A DNA stretch of 64,000 nucleotides, taken from NCBI GenBank assembly GCA_964035545.1, contig OZ037769.1, positions 3,100,001 to 3,164,000 on the forward strand. The letters run 5' to 3'. Made by a program: the position numbers and the translations under genes. Shown piece by piece: positions 46,601 to 64,000 of this stretch (positions within the stretch are counted from its first letter, which is position 1; every line of letters starts with the position of its first letter). The notes below the pieces were generated by a model. It was not told the origin of the DNA. It saw nothing but the letters and a program-made list of their open reading frames with translations, and made no database searches. This DNA comes from Bugula neritina. Lineage: Eukaryota > Animalia > Bryozoa.

Positions 46601-49600
46601 AAATGCTATTAATGCTTCAATCTGCAATCATGCCCCAATAAAAAGGAAATGAAATATGATTTTTGAAAAAAAATATATTTGTTCTAAAACATAAAAACAA
46701 GCAAATGGGGTGCGTACTGCATTGTGCCTTAGTTTAGCTCTGTGTCTCAAGCTATCCCAGCCTCTCTAAGCCAGGTATGTGTTGCAGATCTTTGAAGTTA
46801 TCAGTACCTGTCTTGGGTCACCACCACAACTGGTTGAATTTGAGTATTATGATAAAGATAAGAATTATCATAAAGTGGGACCCATTACACCTCTACAGTT
46901 CTACCAGACCATGTTCAAGCCCCAGTTTGACCTTGAGAAACAGGTGAGTGTTGTAGAGTCTGTACTTTCTAACAGCAACTGTAGATTTGCTGGACTGAAA
47001 ATGTTTCAAGTCTATTCAATCTATACTCATTTATGCATATATTAACTTTATATGCGCATATATATGCTAGCCTCACGAGCACGCTATGGTCATTTCGGGC
47101 TCTTACAGTGTTACTTGCCACCCAAATTGTAGTTAATGCTTATAAATATATATATATTAGGGTATATCTGTAATGTAATTTATTTGTTTGATAAAATTGA
47201 AAGATAAATATTTTTCTAATTTTTTTTTTAATTATAAGGACACCGTTATTTGGTTACAATATTACCCTTCATTGAACATTATTTACCCAGTCGTATGTGT
47301 GTAGATGAGCTAGCGGAGTACATATATATTTCTGGGGCCTTCCTATTTTGTTCTGCTACATATTTTATCATAATTATAAAAATTTATTGAAGTATTTTAT
47401 ATTCTGGAATTTTTATTTTGTCATTTTGTGACACTTTAAAATGACTGGAGTAGACTGTAACAGCATGGCATATATTGTCATCAGAGGAAATATTCTCCTC
47501 AGCTCTTTACTCACAATAAATCATAACATCAGTTTTTTGTGAATAAATATGTGGTTAAAGTGAGAAATAAAAACTTTGAATGCACAGAACTGCTATTACT
47601 GATTGCCCAGGTATTGAAATATCTGTGTAGTTGAACATCTTCACTGCCAGCAACCATGCATGATGTGTGAGAGCCAAACCACTTCAAAGGAACTCTTCTT
47701 ATGATTATCATTTTTAAATTTAAAGTTTTTTACAACTAATCTTGGCTGCATACTGTTTCATTTAAAGAATTTTAATCAATTTGAACAAAAAATCATTAAA
47801 ACGATGGCAGAAAATGAAAACTGGGGTTTTTGTATTCTGTTGTAATGTATTCATGTCATTTTACCCCTTAGTAAGCAGGCTATCAACTGTGGTTCACTAT
47901 ATTAGGATTATAAATTATATAATTCTTAACTATCAGTGATATTTGTGAGCAGTTACTCCTTTCATGACCTTCATCTGTATAAACATCTGTAAAAAACCTA
48001 CCTAAATAGACTTCTCGCAAGGACCAAGCTAAAGTAGTTCCTGTGGCTCTTTGTAACACTTTTATCATTTCTAAGAAATATAGGGTAAGGGGGGGGATAA
48101 AATTTGAATAAATATTGCTTTAAATTATTTAATTTATATATTTATATTTGTCTATAATGCTTTTTTAGAGTGGAAAAGTTAATTATTTTTGAATTTGATA
48201 ATGGCTGAGTTAGTGAATTAAGTTTTTGACACAAAAAGTATGCGGCTGTTATTTAGGTATTATCATTTTTATAAAAATTATAAACTTTACAGATTTTCCT
48301 TTTTGTTTTCTCCGATTTGATTACACAAACATGTTTGTAAGACTACAATATTATAGTCAATTAGTCAATAGTCGGAATTTTTCTTTGGGAAAACTCTATA
48401 GACTTACAAATACATTTCTAGCAAGTATTCTACTAGATTAAACTTGTAAAGCCTGAATACTGGTGCTTAGCTGGTGTCTGGTCAGGATTTATTTTCTAAC
48501 ATCTTCGGTTTCAGGCTTTTTGGTACACAAATTACGTTCTACCAATTGGTGTTTTCCCTGCTTTGTCACATAGTCTCAAAGTACACAAAAATTTTTGGGG
48601 CCGAGAAAACGCACTTAATAAGTCTTTAGTTGTACCTAAAAATATGCCATAAGTGCTAAATACTCGCAGTTTATCAGCAACTAATGGAGTATATTCAGCT
48701 CAGCACTGTGTAATGGGAGAGGTATGCTCTTTGGCTTAATAATTTCACAGGCTATTTTTAGCTGTCCATTAATTTGATTGCAGACAGAAATGTATAATGA
48801 CTACAGTTGAATGATTGCTTGCTTCATAAGATGAAACACTACCCAATACCTACAGTTGCACACCTAATCTGTGAGTTATCATTTCTCTCGCTGACACTAT
48901 TTGTTTGTAAACTCAGGTGGTGCTGACCCACGACCCCAGGTCAACCAGTCCATACTATAAAACATACACAGTAGCCTACCTGAACAACATGGGAAACTGC
49001 AAACCTGTTACCTACCTCAACCTGCCCATAGAGCAACTCAAAAAGTACACTAAAGACTCTATTGAAGCTGACAAGGTTTGTATTGCGAAACACCTGCAGG
49101 TACGCTGTGTAGGTGACAGATGAACCTACACCTGCACCTACAATTTCTCCCATGTGAAAAACATGCAAAAACGGCTCACGCATTGGCGAATTTCCCATGT
49201 AAATTTTGTTATGATGAGCGTACACCTATCACTTGCGCATGCATGTTGATAATTACAGTATAGCCAGCCGTGCATGTTTTAGGCTGTATGGTTTGGCTGT
49301 GATGTTGGGAAAGAGTTTTCTAACGAAGATGCCACCCTAGTAACTGACCAGTGAGTGCTGCTGCAATGCTTATTCTATCTCCATATTGCGTTACTTTCTT
49401 GTAGTAGTTGAACTCTGCTTGTGAGAATAGACCAGGAAAGTCTAAACCAGTCTTACTTTTTTGTTTTTAACCCTAAGATTCCCATTAACCTTTACTTCAC
49501 AATATAGACTTGCCTGCATATCTGACAAGTATAATCATTTGTCCTTATACAAAGCACATCATTACTTCATACAGTGTGAGTAACAGATACAGCTGTTCAG

Positions 49601-51474
49601 AGTGAAATGATAAATATTTGATTCGAACCACATCTGAGTATGTTACTTTTCTGTATTATTTAGATTCAATTACAAACTAGTTCTGGGCATCGACATCAGG
49701 GGGGCTGATAAAGCAACCCGTCTTTTGTACAAAGATTCTGAGATGACCCACGCTATGGTCTTTACTGGAATGAATGTAGAGGTGAGTAACTGATATCTAC
49801 TTCATAATATATTCATAGCTTACATGTTATACACAAATTGTGTTATGTTATACTCTATATTCTATATTATACTGTTATACTATGTTATACTCTATATTAT
49901 ACTGTTATATTATGTTATACTCTATACTATACTGTTATACTATGTTATACTCTATATTATACTGTTATACTATGTTATACTCTATATTATACTGTTATAC
50001 TATGTTATACTCTATATTATACTGTTATACTATGTTATACTCTATATTATACTGTTATACTATGTTATACTCTATACTATACTGTTATACTATGTTATAC
50101 TCTATACTATACTGTTATATTATGTTATACTCTATATTATACTGTTATACTATGTTATACTCTATACTATACTGTTATACTATGTTATACTCTATATTAT
50201 ACTGTTATACTATGTTATACTCTATATTATACTGTTATACTATGTTATACTCTATATTATACTGTTATACTATGTTATACTCTATATTATACTGTTATAT
50301 TATGTTATACTCTATATTATACTGTTATACTATGTTATACTCTATATTATACTGTTATATTATGTTATACTCTATATTATACTGTTATACTATGTTATAC
50401 TCTATATTATACTGTTATACTATGTTATACTCTATATTATACTGTTATACTATGTTATACTCTATATTATACTGTTATATTATGTTATACTCTATATTAT
50501 ACTGTTATACTATGTTATACTCTATATTATACTGTTATATTATACTGTACTATATTATGCTGTTATATTATACTGTGTATTATACTACACTATGCTGTTC
50601 GATTTCACATTCCCAGGAAAATGGAGAAGTCAGTAAATACCGAGTAGAAAACTCTTGGGGGGAGAATGGCGGGTCAAAGGGCAAAGGTATGAACACATCA
50701 ATTCAATCTTGTATCAAAATAATCATAATTATTTAATGTTTAGGATTAAACCATGAAAGTATCACCGTTAACTATGAAGGTGGCAGTTGGAGTAATTCTA
50801 GCTAGAAAATATAAATATATGTTGTTGGTAACTCTATTTCTTGTTATAGTAATCATGCTGTCAGTTTCTATGCGAATTCCACCTGTGAAGTGGCATTTTA
50901 ATGCTTTAGAACTATACAATATTATAATGTTTATTGTGCATCCAACATTATCTCTTCCTAATTATTCAATTTTGGAGTTATCTCTCTTTTTATATGGACA
51001 GGATCCCTTTATGAGCACACTGATGCCTTTTTCTGATCAGTCATTATTTAGGGGGGGGGGATAATTGCCTCTATACTCTAGTTTAATCACAACTTTGCTA
51101 TGCAATACCTTGAATACAATTTTACATTTGTTGATTTCTGTTTATGATTTCAAGGTGTACAAGTGACATTATAATAAGTGAATACTAGTAATTTAATTGT
51201 GGTATTTTTACATTAGATATTAGCAGATTCTTGCAGGTTGTTTGCCAGTATAACATGTTTATGATTGAGTGTCTACCTTGAAAGACATTCATGAGAAAAT
51301 GCTGTGTTTACTCTTTTAGGCTATTTGATGATGAATGACGCTTGGTTTGACGAATATGTGTATCTAGTAGTCATTGACCAATCATTGCTCAGTGAAGATA
51401 TTATTGAGTGTCTAGTGCAGGAGCCCGTAGTTCTACCAGCATGGGACCCAATGGGAGCTTTGGCTATCAACTAA
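37910..51474 (+). CDS. BLMH: Bleomycin hydrolase (peptidase family C1B)
   Basis: Exons: 37910-37925, 38689-38837, 39835-39987, 43271-43501, 44666-44758, 46788-46943, 48917-49075, 49283-49350, 49664-49781, 50617-50680/50686, 51320-51474. Motifs: NQKSSGRCW (Cys), DGGQW, VWFGCDV, MTHAM (His), VENSWG (Asn), PAWDPMGALA. Confidence 0.96.
39586..39703. mobile_element. MITE-like element (same family as 21135-21281)
   Basis: cagtagtggagaaattgagatagcccaagttctt and aagaacacaggcttttctcaatttctccattactg are imperfect reverse complements. TA flanks the right end. Confidence 0.6.
40029..40272. repeat. 25-bp minisatellite (catagtgactacccctcctacact[a/g])
   Basis: About 9 copies starting ~40 bp after BLMH donor 39988. 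Confidence 0.9.
49842..50595. repeat. 30-bp minisatellite (tctatattatactgttatactatgttatac) built from 10-bp subunits
   Basis: About 23-25 highly homogeneous copies filling most of BLMH intron 9. Stop-free in all three + frames. Confidence 0.97.
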
Positions 51475-52300
51475 ACTGCTAACTGCAGTTTAATATTTTC
51501 TTGTGCAGTCCAGATGATCAAAATTTAGTGGAAGCAGGTGAAACTTTGCTGTAAACTATCATGGCATGTTTGTGGTAGTGCACCAGTTCTCTGTGTGAAA
51601 TGAATGCATGCTTTACAAATAGTATTATTCCTTAAAGCTAATGGGCATCCAGAAGCTGTACCTTTACCTCTATTACTTTTGGCTTTTACCTATACATTAT
51701 CTTTCATTTTAATTAATTTATATAGCTACATAACTATACACACATTAAAATTTAATAGTTTTTAGAATATAGTTATATTATATAAAATTACACTTTAATA
51801 TTAGATCAGGAGTTGTGCCCACATTACAGTTGGTTTTTCAGCGAGTGACCTATATACTTAAAAGGCTTTATAACAAAGTGTGCATTGAAACTGTATACTG
51901 TGCAACTGTGTTTATTAATACAATAAAATAGTACTATTTTATTCAAATTCGACAAAAGACATTTATAACTAAATATTTGAAATGTGAAAAGCAATAAAAA
52001 TGTCACAAGCATAAATAATGTCAGCTGTAAAAGAAAGCAACCCATGATAACATGTAGTTAGGTTAACTAAATAAAGTCCATACAAAACCTACAAACACTT
52101 CGAAAATTAAATATTACAAAACATATTATATGATATATGCGGTAGTGAGTTTGTTCTAATACTTCAGATAGATGATCAAGATATATGCATATTATCTTTC
52201 AGAACAGAGTTATTAACTAAGGCGAAACAGATCTCTTATAGACTAGAGAATACAGAGCGGTTATACATTTAACGACATAATAATAAAACATGATTTCTTT

Positions 52301-57560
<5,260 letters not shown>

Positions 57561-58612
57561 AACTGAATCTGATCTACAATCAATAAAAACTGAATAACTA
57601 GCAATATCTCAGTATATTTAAGTCATTGACAAGAATAATGGTGAATCTTCATCTTTAATTATTTTGTTAATCCAATGGGTAGAAAGAAAGAGAGATTAAA
57701 AACATGATGATAACTGAAAAGGAATAGTGGCTAGAAATACCAAAAAAAACCGAAACTTAAACGGGACAAACCAGTGTTTCATTGCATCACAAATGCAAGT
57801 TTTTCCCAATTATTTACAGCCAGAAAAGATAACCATAGACAGTTATATAGTCTATATATTATTACCATGTTTAGTGTAAAGTTATACAAATATACAAATA
57901 CAACTCAAAACATGATTGTTTAAGCAACTGCTATGGTCTATGTAGTTAGCCAGATATACCACAATATACTATAAACTTGAAGCACAATTTCAGCAAAATA
58001 TTTCGTTGAATATGCAGAGAATTTGCTTAACTTGCTTACTAAAATATTGGCTGATTTGCTGATTAATTAATATTTGCTTTCAATAATCAGCAGTTTCAGA
58101 AAGTATTAAAAAATTGGAACCCAATTTCAGTTAAGTTATAAGCAAAATTTTAACAACACTGAATAGGTTCCTTATTTTAAATGTTAGTAGCTGACATTTA
58201 CTTTCAGCTTGACAATTTAGTTTTACGGACAAAAAATAAAATATGCAACCCTGGACTCAAACGTGCCCAGTGACTATCACTTAGACTTGAAGTTAGGGCT
58301 AATCACATTCACTACTACTACCAGTACTGGTACTTCTAGTATATTCATATTGAATATGATTATCAATATGAGTACTAGTATAAATAATAATTATCATGAT
58401 GAGTTCATCATCAACCATCATGATTTAAATCATCATTATTACTATGATTATTATTAATATTATGGTTATAGTTCCTTAGCTATTATTTATTTATTATCAT
58501 CAAATGATTATCCTTAAAGTTAATGATGATTATTATGGTAGCAAATTGAAATAACTAGTACTATTAGTATTACTATTAGTATTACACTTACAGTTATAGG
58601 TAATACTAATAC

Positions 58613-59441
58613 TGATTTGTCCACCTGTTCTAGAACTGTGCCATTTAGCACACTACGCGTTAAATGGCACAGTTCTAGAACAGGTGGACAAATCAACATA
58701 CCTCGGAGTGACTCTACAGGCCAACCTGAAGTTTGATAATCATATCCGGAGCAAAATATTGCTAGCAAACAAACAACTGGGGATGATCAAAAGGGCTTTG
58801 CGCTGGGCACCCGAAAAAGTGAGACTCATGGCTTACAAATCCCTATGCCTTCCTCACCTAGACTATGCTTCTGCTGTTTGGGACCCCTATACTACAAAAG
58901 AAATAAATTCCATCGAAGAGGTACAAACACGGGCAGTAAGAGCCATAGCTAACATCAAGGGTAGAAGAGGAGTGCGAGAAGCAAAAGAAAGACTGGAGCT
59001 GGCCGCCCTCGATGAAAGAAGAAGAACTCAACGGCTAAGACTCCTTATGAGGATACTCCAAAAGGAAGAATATCACCCAGCACTCTCTGCAGCGTATGAC
59101 GAACTAATAAATACCCCGGAAAGTTTTATCCAAACTAGGGCCCAAACACTAGGACAGCCAAGATCAGTCAGCACCAATAATAACTGCTATTATAACAGCT
59201 TCTTGCCACGAACAATCCGTGACCTTAAAGGGAACAATCCTTGCAAGACTAATTTACACACAGAATAATCTAAACATTGACAGGTTAACTTACCTGTACT
59301 AATAAACAATATTGCAACACACACTGCAACCAATTTATGGACTATTGTATGCATTTTACTTTCTGACCAACCATAAACATATGAGGCATGCCGCTTCTGC
59401 TACCTAGTGGTCTAGCATGATCGTAATCTGGAGGTAACTGG
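58613..59441 (+). mobile_element. 5'-truncated LINE (CR1/L2-group ORF2 C-terminus) with 5' fold-back, 3' (ctggaggtaa)n tail and 16-bp TSD
   Basis: Uninterrupted frame YALNGTVLEQVDKSTYLGVTLQANLKFDNHI...PHLDYASAVWDPY...SFLPRTIRD. TSD aggtaatactaatact at 58598-58613 and 59442-59457. Confidence 0.92.
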
Positions 59442-60734
59442 AGGTAATACTAATACTAATAGTAATACTATTAGTATTACTATTGGTATTAGTATTTTAA
59501 TTTAATTATACTATAGGTATAACCATAACTATAAGTATAACTATAGTAATACTAATACTAATAGTCATAGTCATAGTGATACTGTGATAATCTATAAGTA
59601 TAAGCCATTGTAGAATTAAAACATGTACCCAGTAGTCAGTACTGGCCAAATTTGAAATACTGATACATTTTGAGAACCTGAATACTGAGTGTTACTGTTA
59701 GTACTACTTATTTATTGTTACTATAAAAATTTAAACATAATTAATCATTAATGCCAATGGTGATGTTGATGTTATATCTTTATTATTAAATTTAATGATA
59801 TTAATTCTAATTGAAAATAGTTCCGTGGTAGGAGAATCATTTCTGACAAAGGATTAAAGTTCACTCTGATTTCTTATAAGAGCCTTAGTTAGAGTCACCG
59901 AAATAAAACTAAGAGTTTTATTTTAAAGCTAGAGGTTGAGGCGGGCGTGTTTTATTCATACAAAAAATTCCGAACTATCATCAAAAGTAGGAGTAGATCT
60001 TATTCTAAATCGCTCGCAGCAGACATTCTATATAGTGTATTATGCTTGAAGCTGATAACAAATTATTTTGCATTTAGTATTACCTACAATTTTTTATTTA
60101 AATAGGAGGAACATGCAAGGTGATGGTATATATTTTATACATGTGTATGTGTAAAAACTATAGTTTTTACACATACATTAAGTTTATATTTCACGATGAC
60201 GGTAACCATTAATGGCTAACTAGCCAACTTGTTATAATGACTTTATTGTATGAGTATAGTGATACTGAATTACTATTAGTGTTACTATACAGTGTATAAT
60301 ACTGTAAAATGTATAAATAAAAGAAAATAAAAAGCAGTTTGGCAAGAGGTACAAAAGTACTAATAACCATAAATCTTCAGTGGATTACATCAATAAAAAA
60401 CACAGGGAATCAAGTTTAGGAATAACCGACTGACACAATAAAGACCAATCTACCCGCTAGCACTACTCAGTTACAACCTCACAAATAATTCAACACAACA
60501 AATAAAATAAGTTACACAATAAAATATACTATAATATTCTAATATGGCACAACTTCATGTGCATTTATTTGAATGATTCAACCACAGATTAACATGGTTG
60601 AATGCTTTCTAGTGACCTAAACTCAATTATGCTTGTATTATATATGTGTATACTAAATATTATATGCAATACAATGAATAATAAATAAAAATATAAGACT
60701 GAAATTCTGAGTAGTTTGTGCGCATGAAAGCTGA

Positions 60735-64000
<3,266 letters not shown>

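Noticed and set aside
40300-48900. Nested genes or snoRNAs in the long BLMH introns
   Set aside because: Only short low-complexity ORFs; no convincing C/D or H/ACA box pairs with terminal stems seen by eye.
49824-50736. 270-298 aa Tyr/Ile/Leu-rich ORFs
   Set aside because: Stop-free translations of the 30-bp minisatellite; only 50617-50686 is a real exon.
58520-58768. Minus-strand ORF containing LNGTVLEQVDKS
   Set aside because: Artefact of the inverted 35-bp duplication at the LINE 5' end.

Overview
AT-rich, intron-dense genomic DNA from an invertebrate animal (spliceosomal GT-AG/GC-AG introns; the species cannot be determined from this window). I reconstructed seven intron-containing genes by hand. 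They are: a BTB-BACK-Kelch gene (-, runs off the left edge), coronin (+), SPAG1-like TPR/RPAP3_C co-chaperone (+), an uncharacterised protein with a PHD-like Cys/His cluster (-), bleomycin hydrolase (+), and two tandem copine paralogues (-, the second runs off the right edge). Mobile DNA comprises a tRNA-derived SINE family (3 copies, one with an 18-bp TSD), two 5'-truncated LINE fragments (one with a 16-bp TSD and a 35-bp 5' fold-back), and a small MITE family. Most of the notable signals concern splicing. (i) Nearly all intronic minisatellites lie against splice sites, and several duplicate the splice site itself into arrays of donors or acceptors, some in frame. (ii) The BLMH catalytic-Cys exon begins with GTAAGT and so regenerates a perfect 5' splice site (recursive-splicing-exon architecture). 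(iii) Coronin has two alternative last exons encoding different trimerising coiled coils, plus a candidate microexon. (iv) The copine paralogues show patchwork gene conversion and differ by one intron. A TAGTAA/TACTAA hexamer-rich tract also recurs next to each inferred promoter region. Exon boundaries are manual predictions without transcript data.
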